Shown: positions 26,755 through 40,195, counted from the whole stretch's first letter. The stretch is DNA of 63,794 nucleotides, filler included, from Octopus bimaculoides (GCF_001194135.2; 7 parts of 7 records of this genome joined end to end with filler, not necessarily neighbours in it), one strand, 5' to 3'. Numbers and translations are program-made. Notes: generated by a model from the letters alone, not told the origin.

Positions 26755-26945
26755 CAAAAAACAACAGACGAAGACAGATGGTGTAGAAAGCAAACACATG
26801 TATTAGTATAACGCTCGGGAATTGAAAAAGTCTTTAACGTTTCGAGCCTACGCTCTTCCACAGAAAGGAACACAGAAAGAAACAAAGAGAGAAACAAGGA
26901 GAGAAAAAAATGTGTGTAGTGGTTAGCGATCTATCATGGCGAATA
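26755..26945 (-). repeat. Short repeat carrying a minimal hammerhead-like motif
   Basis: Minus strand 26867-26832: CTTT-CTGTGGA-A-GAGC(GTAG)GCTC-GAAA-CG-T-T-AAAG. Core has one mismatch to CUGANGA. Confidence 0.4.
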
Positions 26946-27128
26946 TATATATATATATATATATANNNNNNNNNNNNNNNNNNNNNNNNNNNNNNNNNNN
27001 NNNNNNNNNTTAATTAATTAANNNNNNNNNNNNNNNNNNNNNNNNNNNNNNNNNNNNNNNNNNNNAAAAAAAACCCCACAAACTTGAACCAATCACAAGT
27101 TCAATAAAAACCAAAACAACAACAACAC

Positions 27129-27183
<55 letters not shown>

Positions 27184-27499
27184 CCCAACAATAAAACAAT
27201 ATTAGGTCCGGCACAGAATGAACTTCTTCAATAGAAATCTGATCATCAAGAAATGAGATGAACGAAATTTCTTTCTTCAGAAATTGTTAAGACAGTGAGG
27301 TGTAGGGGTGGGGTGAGGAGGAGGAGGACATTTGAATTCGACTGGTTTTGTTTGGTAAAGTTGTTGTTGTTGTTGATGTTGTTGCTGTTGTAACGATAGT
27401 ATACGGCAGAATAACGACAGATATTACGTTCCTTCACGTCTTGAGTTCAAATCCTAACGCTATCTTTTCTTCTATCCCAGGGCCACTAACTTTCAATTA

Positions 27500-29350
27500 G
27501 TGAGGTCTCTCTGTGCCTATTTTGTCGTCGTCGTTGTTGTTATTAACCACAAGTCACCAGGGTCGAACGACACTTTGAGGAAAGCGCCGAAGCAGTGTAT
27601 CGGCCGTGTTATTGTTAGTGTCGTGACCCACCGCGTCACGTCTTCTGCAGATGGTAGTAAAATGGAAGAATTTCCAGTTCTGTGGGCCAGGGAGGAGTAA
27701 CATTACTGAGGAAGGATGCGAACAAGGGGAGCTTCGGGTCTATAACTTTGCTAAGTGCATGATTTTTGGTCCTACCGCTAGCAAAGAGATTGGCACTTGT
27801 TGAGGGTAGAAGCGCAGACATGCACAGTCCTGATCAGTACAATCCACGACAAACTCCGCCTCATACGATAAACCATAGAGAAAAGAGGTTTTGACGAGGC
27901 CTTGATCAATCAACTGATCAATTTATAGCTTTCGTTAGGATCGACCATTATTAGATGGAAGCTGTTCTCAAGGCGGCCCGGTTTCGGTCCCGTCTTCAGG
28001 GTCTGGATCGCTTCAATGCACAGCAGCATCTACTCAGTGGTTGCCTTTACATGTACTAGCATGCACTAGCTTTTGACCTTTGCATGTACTAGCTTTGATC
28101 CATTACTGCAGAAAATGAAGTGTTTGAGGGGTGGGGTTCCCCGTTCGAACTGGGATGCGGAAGCGATGTGTTGGAAAATACTGACGACGTTACTGTAATG
28201 ATGTCGTGGTCGGCACCTTTCGAAAAGAAAACTTTGACAGGGGCAAACATTAAGCGGAAGAAGTCGGTGGGCTTGTAGTTTGACACCTGAAGAGGGAAGT
28301 CCATTCCATTGGACAGCCTTGTGGGCTGCTAGACAACCGGTCTGGTACAGATGTTTGGGGCCTAGTTCGATCATGACCTCGAGGTTACAAGCAAGATGGC
28401 CAGTCTCACCCCAAAATAGGTTTAGAGTAAGTTATACCTGGAAAGTCGCAAACAGGTGGCGAACGCACATAATTACCTCCCTTATATTTTATTACTGCGT
28501 AGTTGTTATGCTCTCCTCTAGTTTTCACTTGATCAAACTGGAGCGTCTGGTCTTTCATCTCTTGCGGAACGGACGTATTCGACTAGTCAAGCAACCAATC
28601 AGCTGTTAGCATCCACTGCACGTGCGGCTCGGAATGCCATGGCTGATGATGCGCAAACATTCACTGAGACTGTTGCATCTGCAAAGATTCAACGGTGTGA
28701 GCAGATTTGGTCATTTTTTTTTGTCATTCATATCTTTCCACCGTTTGTCTTCTTGACAGAACAGTGGTTTTGATTAACCGAATACCAAGACTGGCCACGT
28801 GGTATCTGGAAAGTTGTTAGGTACTACCAGTCGGGCAATGCGGCACCTGAAACGTCCATGTTCGGGTCCTATGGAGGACTAGCGGTGGGGAAAAGCGATG
28901 AAGTTTGGTCTGTTTTGGGGAACTTCGTCCCCAATAACTCTATTTCTTGACCCGTCTATGTTAGCGGGACAAGGGGAAGATATTGCATGTTAGAGACCAA
29001 CTCTACAGGCACAGGACTGCCATCAGCTGGCCTTGTCCGAGATGCGCACGGAACAGCGAAATTGTTTTGCCCTGGTTCAGTATTGGAGCATTATTGATTT
29101 GTGGAGTTTTCGTCGATCGAACATATGCTCTTGTGGAATAGAATAGACCCAGTTATCGGTAGAGCCCACCATGAACATCAAACCCACCTCCATCGGCCGA
29201 GAAAACAGGTTGTTTCCCTCTCTCTGGCGACAGAGGTTGTGTGGTGGACAGGATTGAAACGATTGCAGACAGACACTTCCTTCTTTGGCCAAATCCTCAT
29301 CCGCTTCTTTGAAATTATACTTGGAAAGGAAGGTGAAGGTTAAGAGAGAA
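27500..29350 (-). mobile_element. GC-richer unique-looking block, possibly a highly decayed LTR-retrotransposon pol remnant
   Basis: Composition contrasts with the flanks. Minus-strand fragments HVASLGI / WKDMND..ICSH (integrase Zn-finger-like), HGIPSRTCSG (cf. rve GIP..I.SD) and KPILG*DW are only weakly suggestive. Confidence 0.25.
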
Positions 29351-29380
29351 GTGCTGCTGCTCAGGAATTTATTTAAAAGC

Positions 29381-29482
<102 letters not shown>

Positions 29483-30150
29483 GCGAATATGGTTCGTGTA
29501 AATTGACCAAATCGGAGAACGTGCTTCTTGACCGAGAAACGACAAATGAAAGTGGGAATTTGTTCGTGGTGGTCATCGAGATTCAGATTTTGTAGAGTTT
29601 TCTTGATTTCACCACCCACCATTTTTCACAAATTCTACTTAAAGCAACCTCTATGTTTGTAGGGACCTGTTGATGCTTATTAGAACAATCAAATACTCTT
29701 AAATCACACGAAACTTATCTTTAAAACAAGAATGAAACACTATATCTAAAAACTGAAGCCAGCCAAGGTGTCTGGACCCAGCCAAGGTGTCTGGACTCAG
29801 CCAAGTAACCTTTCGGAGGTCATTCGAACTGGTAGAAATAGCAGCCAAATTTCTTTTACATTTGTTCGACTCTGAATCAAGGCCACATCTAAGACTATAG
29901 TAGACAGCGTAGTTACATGATGCCTGACTAAAAGACTGGATCGTCACAACTGGAACGCTTTTGATCATACGTGTACTTAATCAGGTCTGATCTGGAGTTA
30001 AACAATATCAGCCACGCTGGTCACAGCTGGAATGGTTTTCGGCTCATGAAAAAGCGACACAATAAAAAGAGACATCAAACAAAGTCAACACAACGAAGGC
30101 GAGAATTAAACCCCCCAAAATCTCCCAAACAAACAAAAGGAGCAACTTAC

Positions 30151-30252
30151 CAGCAGCTACCAAAATATAGGGGTCTTTGATTAAGTCTTTTAATGAGGTT
30201 CCTTCTTGTGCTTCTGGTTTTACTTTCAGCTGTAATACTATCAACTGCAAAC
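30151..30252 (-). CDS. VMAT: Next internal exon (102 bp) of the VMAT gene
   Basis: tttggcag|GT TTG CAG...GCT GCT G|gtaagt. Joined in phase to the upstream exon (T+GT=Cys) it gives CLQLIVLQLKVKPEAQEGTSLKDLIKDPYILVAAG, cf. VMAT2 [36 protein letters not shown]. Lies inside ORF 30044..30259. Confidence 0.92.
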
Positions 30253-31046
30253 CTGCCAAAGAAGTAAGAAACTTTTAATAAAACAGAGACGAGGTTGCAG
30301 GACAAAGAAACACAGCCATGTTGCAAAAGACAAAAAAAATCCAAAGAATAGTTATATTCTTCGACTAGGGAGTTATGTCCCTCAAATCTATACAACGAGA
30401 AGGGGTAGTAAGTCACCAATTTTATTTATAAATGGTTAGCTTAAAAAAAAAAAGAGAGAGAGAGAGAGAGAGAAATTAATAGCGTCAATGGTAAGTCTAG
30501 AGAAGGAAATCAAGGGAGGCAACTCCAAAATTACAACATTAAAAATTGAACGAAGATGGAACGAGGAATTATATTTGTTCACTGCATTGGTTATGTCTTT
30601 CACTTATTAATTCTGTTCTTGATTATTTAACTCTTTGTCCTTTACGAATCAGTTTTGTCACTCATCTCTCTGGGTTCGATAAACTCTTAAATGCGGAGGA
30701 TGAATTTGAGAACCACTCACTTTGTGACTTCATACGTTATTTTGGAAACCATTATTGCCTTACAAACGCGCACGCGTGTAACAATTGTCACGTGTCAGGT
30801 ATAAAACGTTGTAGGTATGCATGTGGGAGTGTGTGTGCGTGTTTACATACATACCCATACCTACATACCATTTATGAGGTAAAGAAATGCTTTGAAGTAC
30901 AGTGCTATGGCCAGACATTACCAAATTAAATTTATAAAAGAAACTCTGATTCAGCATTTATAATATATTGAGTACTTTCCTGCGATTAATCGTCTGCTCG
31001 ATACCAGATTTGCAGCACACACACACATACAAATTTATATATATAC

Positions 31047-31086
<40 letters not shown>

Positions 31087-31119
31087 CACAGGAAAGGTGT
31101 AAAAAAAAAATCTACTCAC

Positions 31120-31209
31120 AACCATCAATAACAGCGATGCAGGCTAATATGAGAAACGGCAATTCTTTACCACCGAATTGATACATTATTCCACCAAAAG
31201 GGGGACCAA
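31120..31209 (-). CDS. VMAT: Internal exon (90 bp) of a vesicular monoamine transporter (SLC18A/VMAT)
   Basis: Minus strand reads ttctttcag|TT GGT CCC CCT TTT GGT...GAT GGT T|gtgagt = (x)[29 protein letters not shown]. This matches VMAT [29 protein letters not shown]. Canonical AG/GT, phase 1 at both ends. Too short for the ORF track. Confidence 0.92.
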
Positions 31210-32487
31210 CTGAAAGAAGAGAAGGAAATAATATTAACTGGGCATATTACAAAGAATATAATAAAACAAATAACAAAATATAACATAAACACTGTAAAAA
31301 CAAAGAGAGATTCTTTGAAATACAAAAGAAACAAGAATTAAACCAAAATGTTCAAAATTGTGTCAGAATTAATGGAAGTATGGTTAGGAGGACGGAGAAA
31401 ATGGTTTGCGGTATTTGATTCGGCTTTTTTACTTTCTGAGTTAAAATGCTAGGAAGGTTTACTTTCAACGTGTTCTGGTATCAATAGAATAAAGTAGCAA
31501 TGAAGTAGAGAGGTTGATTTAATCAAATTGCTCCTTTCCTCACATTTTTGTCTTTTACTTCTCTTGGAAACGATTATTAATATTGTGAATTCTCTGGAAT
31601 GGAAGATTGACGACAGTGCTTGACAATATATTTGCCGTTGCTGTCAATTTTACCGTTCATCTTTTTCAAGTCGATAAAATAAGATACCAGCTTATAGAAG
31701 GGTCAATTCAATTAATTAGCTCAGCCAAAACCTGCGACCTTCTACTTAAGCAGGAAAGAATTGTTCTTATTCTGGTTTAAAAGAATTCTTGAACGATCAA
31801 ATAAAACATCCAATGCGAAAGGTAACGACAATTGTTCGACTCATCTACAACCCTGTTTCTTTTATTTAGGTGATGCAGACATGGCTGAGTGGTCAAGAAG
31901 ATTGCTTTGTAACTATTTAGTTCCGGGTTCGATTCCACTGAGTTACCCTTGGGACAAATACTCTATCCCTAAACTGTGGAAGTCAGTATTATNNNNNNNN
32001 NNNNNNNNNNNNNNNNNNNNNNNNNNNNNNNNNNNNNNNNNNNNNNNNNNNNNNNNNNNNNNNNNNNNNNNNNNNNNNNNNNNNNNNNNNNNNNNNNNNN
32101 NNNNNNNNNNNNNNNNNNNNNNNNNNNNNNNNNNNNNNNNNNNNNNNNNNNNNNNNNNNNNNNNNNNNNNNNNNNNNNNNNNNNNNNNNNNNNNNNNNNN
32201 NNNNNNNNNNNNNNNNNNNNNNNNNNNNNNNNNNNNNNNNNNNNNNNNNNNNNNNNNNNNNNNNNNNNNNNNNNNNNNNNNNNNNNNNNNNNNNNNNNNN
32301 NNNNNNNNNNNNNNNNNNNNNNNNNNNNNNNNNNNNNNNNNNNNNNNNNNNNNNNNNNNNNNNNNNNNNNNNNNNNNNNNNNNNNNNNNNNNNNNNNNNN
32401 NNNNNNNNNNNNNNNNNNNNNNNNNNNNNNNNNNNNNNNNNNNNNNNNNNNNNNNNNNNNNNNNNNNNNNNNNNNNNNNNNNNNNNN

Positions 32488-32535
<48 letters not shown>

Positions 32536-33612
32536 TGCATGCATACATACATACATACGGGAAAATTAGAAGGTGAAAATACATTTAGAATAGTGAAAAT
32601 ACATTTTATTATTGTATTTAAAGATTTAACCGGTTCCACGGTTTTCACTGATTTTCAAAAGGGTTCAAATAGAAATGGCATTGCTGCTGGTGGCGGTGAC
32701 AGCGGCTTTAGTGGTGTCGGTTCGAGTGTTAGGGTGGTAGCATTAGTCGCTTTTGTTGTCGCAGTAATTCATGCTTAGTCTCACACTAACCCTGACCCCC
32801 AAGACACTTATAATCAAAAGCGTTCCAGCCACGACCCTCCCATCTTTTCAATGCTACCTTGCACTAAATTATCTTTCATTGTCCCAGATGGTATAGGTTT
32901 GAGTTGAGGAAGATTTGGCTGTCATTATTGGCAGATCGAGCGACCACGTAGATAGAGTTGGCAGAGTTGTAGTATGCCTAGCAGTAAAAGTACTAATAGT
33001 AGTGATGTTACCAGTAGGTAGCGCTAATGGTGGTGGTAACGGTGGTGGTGTCTAGACGAACAGCTTGGAAAGTAGTCAGGAGAAACTTGCTAAAATTCAA
33101 TGACATTTGAAAGCTGCCAGGATTTCAAAGTCTCTGCTTTTCACTCCCCCTCTCTATTTTTCTCTCGTTCCTTCACCGTCCTTCTATCCCACTTCTCTTT
33201 ATTTGTGACATAGATTCCAATAGTTTAAACCTCAAAACAAATATGCACACAAAGTACTTACATGCACACACAAAACATATATATATATATATATATACAT
33301 ATAGATATAGATAGATATAAACATATACACATAATGCATACACACATACATTATATATGTATATACATTAAATGCAAACACAAACATACTGAGTGCATAT
33401 AAAATCACAAGATATAAACACAACTTAGTGTATATCGATGAAATGTGAAGAGAAAAGTGATGGAGGGAAGAGATATAGCAGAGAAGTGAATCAGAAGTGA
33501 GCGAGAGTAGAACAGCAACAGAGATAAAGAGTAACAGACGAAGAAAAATGGGCTGAAGCCTGAAGTGTGACTACATACATACATACAAACATACATATAT
33601 ACATGTACACAC

Positions 33613-33653
<41 letters not shown>

Positions 33654-33809
33654 NNNNNNNNNNNNNNNNNNNNNNNNNNNNNNNNNNNNNNNNNNNNTTA
33701 ATTAATTAANNNNNNNNNNNNNNNNNNNNNNNNNNNNNNNNNNNNNNNNNNNNGCACACACATATACACGTATGCATATCACAAGGCTTTTCGTGTTTTT
33801 GTAAAATAA

Positions 33810-33890
<81 letters not shown>

Positions 33891-34370
33891 GATAATAATA
33901 ATAATAGTAATAATAATAATAATGATAAATTTATATAGGTAGGTAGATAGATAGATACATAGCTCTATATATACACACGGAGGTGTGTGTGTATGTATAT
34001 GTATGTATGTATATATAGAGAGAGAGACAGAGACAAACAGACAGACAGATACACACACGCACACACACACAGACTGATAAAGAGGGAGAATAAGGGAAAG
34101 GTGAGAGGGAGGGAGATGATGTAGATATGTAGTTATGTGGGCAATGAGACTAGTAGGCGGGGATATTAATAGTGGAAGGGGTGGCGGCAGACTTACTGGT
34201 GGATGGTAAGACTACACAAACGAAACGACACTAAACTCACATGATATGGCTGTCGTCGGTTTATATGACAAAAAAATAAACACGATTGTAATACTTTGTA
34301 GACGTGAGATGAAAAAGTCGGTAATTAGATAGACGTGGCTGTTGAATTTGTAACATTTTTGAATGTGTGT

Positions 34371-34454
<84 letters not shown>

Positions 34455-35159
34455 AGGAGGACTTTAAAATGTATCAGAAAACAAAACAAAACGCTTTCAG
34501 TATTTAATAGACATTGCAGTATGGCATCTGTCAAATTATAAAAACCGAACATGGATGCTTTGTGAGAACACTGAATACTACGTTATTGGCCTTGATAGAT
34601 CAATTCTTACAGGTGTTTAGTGCCTAAATGAACACACATAGACTGAAGCAGACGAGAATCGTCTGTCATGGGCGCCAGAATTTCAATTTCACGTGATTGC
34701 GGTCTACTGGATTTCCTCAGTGGGAGGCGCCGGGTACCGCTGGTCAAATCTCGCTGCCACCATATATAGAATACCAGAACTGTTTTCAGACAATACGATG
34801 CATGTGTCTGCTTTTATGCACCAAGTGCCTATAAGAGAGGATCTCACAAGGCCAACAACGCAATATTCGGTGTTCAAAGAAGGCAGCCATGTTAAGTTAG
34901 ATATAAAGGTTACCTTTTGGTATTAATACAATTTCCATCGCCAATAATTGAAAATTAATCGAATCAAATGCAGACTATAGCAGGACTTTAAATTGTTTGA
35001 CATATCTGGACTTCAACAACTCGCCGTATGAAGGATGTGGGTTTACTTCCGTTTGATATCATTGCATCATTTAGAACGAAAGTATGTCTGCGCTAACTGA
35101 ATTCCGAAAGACAGAGGCATGGGAAACGTGAGATCAGCGAAGCCCAAAATTTGAGTAAA

Positions 35160-35413
35160 CCGATGTAATCAATTAATCCGATGTAATTGATTAATCCGAT
35201 GTAATCGATTAATCCGATGTAACTGATTAATCCGATGTAACTGATTAATCCGATGTAATTGATTAATCCGATGTAATCGATTAATCCGATGTAATTGATT
35301 AATCCTATGTATTCGATTAATCTAATGTAATCGATTAATCCGATGTAATCGATTAATCCAATGTAATTGATTAATCCGTTGTAATCGATTAATCCGATGT
35401 AATCGATTAATCC
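35160..35413. repeat. 18-bp minisatellite, about 14 copies (AATCCGATGTAATCGATT)
   Basis: Directly visible tandem units with single-base variants; produces the spurious (YIGLID)n ORF 35093..35422. Confidence 0.95.
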
Positions 35414-37667
35414 CCTTCCCAAATAATTTCAAGTCTTGTGCTTAGAGTAGAAAGGATTATTACAATTACAGGCCCAGTAACTTCTGTAAAATCATTGGCG
35501 TAATTCCTCCAAGAGCAGAGGCGTAGGTTCGTTCCCCACAAAAGGCAATATTTGAATCTGGTAACATTAAGGTATTCACCTAATATTTGACAGCATTCAA
35601 CACTTTCTGTTTCTTTCCAATGAAGAAGACAAAATAATTCCAGATTTTATTTAATGAGATTGCAAAGAGTTCTTTTGAAAGATTGATATTGCGTCTGCAA
35701 TTGATAAAACACCATCATTCATAAGAATTACCAAGAGAAACTGAGAAAAATTCCAATAGGTGAATTTCAGATAGATGTTAGCTGCTCCCTTCTCTCTCTC
35801 TCTCTCTCTCTCTCTAACTCCAAGCTCCAGGTAAAATTCAGGGAGTGACCCTTTAACACATAGCAGTTTTACCACTTTCATTCATTTTCTATCAAATTTA
35901 CAAGAAATGGTCAGCTTCCATCTTACTTTCATTCCCCGCATTAAGCTGGATGTGAAGAAGTGAAAGGTTTTATTTGAAAGATGGACTGCTATGGTCGACT
36001 GTATTTTACGGTTCACATAAAAATGATTCAATTCGCATACACCATAGAAACTTACATCAGAGGTACCAGGCAGAGCAGTGCTTCTCAACTGAGATCCCTA
36101 TGGCCTTTGGGATTCCACACAGGATTTTGTCGTACAAAATTTGTTAGTAACAAATTGGTTATACTTCTTACAGTACAGAATATTTTAACATTTTTTTTTA
36201 TACGGTTCCTAATATCTAATTATAAAGATATAATAGGATTTTCAAAATATTGAATGACTATGAGAACCTACCCAAGTGAAATAAGAGTTAAAGGGTTCCA
36301 TGGGCAAATAATAGTTGAGAAACGCTGAGTTGGAGGAAAACTGGCAGTTCTTCCCTGCCCCAAAAAGGCCATGGAGCGATCATTAGAAGGGACCACTGCG
36401 TTAGTTGGCTCCGTTCTACATGTGATGTAAGCTGTATGTTCATAATGCCTTCATCAATCTTCGTTCATCTCAAGCTGGTTCGACTGACGTCACTTCCGTT
36501 TTTGTGGAGCGCGTCCCGAACAGATAATGTGCTTATTTCGGGAGCACAGCTAGGACAGAGATTTTAAGGAGCTGCGAATAGAACTTGGACCAAATTTGTT
36601 TTAGAATAAGGTACTAAGTCGATTAAAGTCAATCACCAGAGTCACCCTGAGAATGTCATCAATAATGTTCCCTCAACCATCTTTGGAATATTACTAAAAA
36701 CGTGATACCAACTTCATTGCCAGACTGACAGATAATAGTCTGCGATTGGTAACAGCATCCTAGGCGCTGTCATTGTTTACGTGTACTGATTGTGTTAATA
36801 ATTTTTTTTTTCAATTATTCACATAAATTTGTCTTAAGGTGGGATAATAGAATAAATTCATTACTTAATTGGTATTTTATTTCATTGAACCCCCTCCCCC
36901 CCCACGCCCCGGAAGAATAAAAGCTAAAACTTTCACTGGTAGAATTTGAACACATACTGTAAGGGGACATAACTAAATACCACATGAACTTTATGATTTG
37001 GAATTTCATCGTTTCTCCCACTTCGATGTCAGAAAACTAATCTTGTTGCTGCTATGACTGTGTAGTTAAGAAGTCTCTTTCTCAATCAAGTGGTTACGGG
37101 TTCACATCCAGCCAGGGGAACTTTTAGGCAGTCTTTATTCTTATTAATTTAAATCATTGACTCTAACTCCTGTGAAAGGAATTTGGTAGACGGAAATTAA
37201 GTGGAAATCTGTCAGAAGACCGTTTCTGTTCTTGGGTGACAAATGTACCCCGCCACCCAGATTAACACCATCACCGATAATTTATGTGTTTTTAATAGAA
37301 TCCATTCTGTTTGAAGGTAAATTTCTCCCTTGCTACTACCATCCTGAAGAACCCTGGACACTGCTGTCTCTTCATCATATCAGTTCTTACTAAAAATGCT
37401 TCCAAATCTGGGTAAATGGCTGCGGTGAATAGTTTCGATCGATCTTAATCAATATATGACAAAACAGGTAGTATATATCATGCCCTTGGAGGGACAAAAA
37501 CGTAATGATGAGCCTGGTGGGTCTTGAACTCAAAATCTTTTATGACAAAACTCAACATTTTTTTTGTTTTGGTTCCGATGCTCTACCTTTTCTGCCGCTG
37601 CAATATAACAATAACTTCTACCTAAAATGATTTACCTTCTTTCATCTTCCTCCTAGAAATAGACTTA

Positions 37668-37670
<3 letters not shown>

Positions 37671-37720
<50 letters not shown>

Positions 37721-37846
37721 TGATGATGATGATGATGATGATGATAATAATGAAATTAACAAGAAGGAAGAGGAAGAGGAGGCGGAGAAGGAGAAGGGGA
37801 ATGCGGAGAGAGATGAAGAGTAACAAGAGTAATAACAATGATAATA

Positions 37847-37886
<40 letters not shown>

Positions 37887-37979
37887 CGATGGTGATGATG
37901 ATGATGATGATGATGGTGATAATGATAATAATGAGGAGGAGGAGAAGGGGGATGCAGAGATAGATGAAGAGTAACAAAA

Positions 37980-38055
<76 letters not shown>

Positions 38056-38065
38056 TAATAATATT
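37671..38065. repeat. Compound trinucleotide microsatellite (AAT/GAT/GAG), representative of dozens of (TA)n, (CA)n, (GA)n, (ATCT)n, (ATAC)n and (AAT)n tracts in the window
   Basis: Directly visible. These tracts account for most of the low-complexity ORFs in the track. Confidence 0.95.
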
Positions 38066-38305
38066 AATAGCACTAATAACAATATAAACAATTTTATATT
38101 AGAAATAATAATCGCGAATCGATTTTGGAGGAAAGCTCAAAAGCAGTAATTTTTCTCTCCTTGTTCTTGGGTTCTTTCATGACGGTGGAGCAGATGTGTA
38201 NNNNNNNNNNNNNNNNNNNNNNNNNNNNNNNNNNNNNNNNNNNNTTAATTAATTAANNNNNNNNNNNNNNNNNNNNNNNNNNNNNNNNNNNNNNNNNNNN
38301 TGTGT

Positions 38306-38376
<71 letters not shown>

Positions 38377-38489
38377 TCTATTTATTATTAAAAGGTATTT
38401 TTAAATGTTGTTTAGTTTCAACTTTTGTCTTGTACTTGAGATAATCATAAATATGTGAGGATTGAAGGGAATAGTAGCAGGAATTATTA

Positions 38490-38557
<68 letters not shown>

Positions 38558-39465
38558 TTGTGTTTGACTTTTGCGTTGTATTTGCACAAGTTGACTCCAA
38601 GTCTCACCCAGAGATCTCATGAGACAAAAAGTCAGAAGTTCAAGTTGGTGTTATGCCTAGGAAGTCATATATTTGGTAGCTCCTTGTAGGGAGGCATTGA
38701 TCTTGGGCTGCTATGATAAAACCTTCTGTTTCTGATTTTCTGATTTTCTGATGAGACGACCTAACATTCCGAGAGTTAAATATCTTGACGAGCGACTCAG
38801 TGCCGCTCCGACGGCAACATGTGAACTGTCATCCAATAATTACGTCAAGACACTAACTACATTTTCAGCTCTGATTCTCTTTCAGTTAATTTCTCTCCAT
38901 TTACACAGTGAAAATAAAGATAGTCTTGACAGCTGAAACATTATTGGAGAGAAAGTTACAAAATAAATAAATAAATAAAAGCGGGTTGGGTATTGGAATT
39001 TCATTATAATACAAAACATTAAAATATTCCATTCGCAACTGTCTTTTAATGCTCACCTTAGTTATAACATAGATTAGGACGCCCATGTCTACCTTACATC
39101 ATACCTGACATAGACACCTGTTTTCTGTTGACTTTCTCGGAGAGTTACATAGACACATTCTTCTATTCATATTGACAAATCCTGTTAAAACAGTTATCAA
39201 AGATTGGCAGCCAGTTATTAATCCTGTTTCGCTATTTCACGTCGGAAAAGATTGCCTGTCAAAGATGCACGAGTAAACAAGCAAGACATGCCAATTTCTG
39301 GGTTTCCAGTGGAGTCGAATTCTTAGTTTTAACAGGGTTTCATTTGTAAATGACTCTTTGTTCGTTCAAGTATGAAGTAACATGTATGACTCTAAAACGA
39401 TACTAGAGAGAGGTCATCTACGTAGATGCTATGAGGAGCAACGTTTGCATACCGGTGAATGAGTG

Positions 39466-39511
<46 letters not shown>

Positions 39512-39789
39512 AGGGAGGGAGAGAGCATGGGCGATAGTAGTTGGAGACGGGACGGTGTGTTCATGGGAATGTAATATGTAACCAATGAGGAGTGTGTTAT
39601 ACCACAGTATTAAATTCTTGTCGCTCATATGTTGAGTGTTTCCATGTAAATTAGTTGTATATGTGTATATATACACTGACACATCACAAAGACATATGCA
39701 GATATGTATGTATATACGGTTGTGCCTTGTAATTTAACACACACACCAGTAAAATATCCTGAGGATTCCCTATTTCAAGAGAGGTTTTT

Positions 39790-40195
39790 TTTGTCATCTG
39801 AAAGACCATCTGCAGGGAAAGCCTCAGCATCTGGCTACCCCACTCGAGACCGTTTGCGTAGACACATGTCCTTGAAGAGATCGCATGCGGAACAACAGGC
39901 CTGCTCATTGGTGAACTGTTCTGTCCGCGACACCAGAAAGCGTCTGCAAACATACGTGCTATACTAGAAACATTGTTCCAAATGCGGTAACTATTATATC
40001 GGTAGTACGCTCCGACGTTCCATATCCGACTTAAGGAACACCTGACTATAAACGCGTCTTCCTGCCGCAAGCACATAATCAAACGTGGCAAAACCACCAA
40101 TGAGATAAGCGCCTCCATACTGACCACGGAGAGAAATAGAAGAAATCTCCGTGTCAAGGAATCTTTACTGATCTACCGATTGCAACCACGACCAG
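39790..40195 (+). mobile_element. Penelope-like element GIY-YIG endonuclease fragment
   Basis: Reads ACSLVNCSV...YVLY*KHCSKCGNYYIGSTLRR, then after a frameshift HIRLKEHL...SSCRKHI...ILTTERNRRNLRVKESLLIYRLQP. This is the VY..C..C...YIG.T.R....R..EH pattern of PLE endonucleases. Confidence 0.75.

Noticed and set aside
27975-28005. CTGAAGACGGGACCGAAACCGG (minus) as a hammerhead
   Set aside because: Stem II is only 2-3 bp, with no NUH site or stem I support.
30151-31209. Assignment as the vesicular acetylcholine transporter (VAChT)
   Set aside because: GPPFG, DG.LQL.VLQ and KDPYIL.AAG match VMAT. VAChT has APPFG and DPYIAVVAG-type sequence.
35160-35413. Regular repeat array as a CRISPR or a repeat protein
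   Set aside because: Units are contiguous with no spacers, the context is eukaryotic, and there is no splice or start context for the (YIGLID)n frame.
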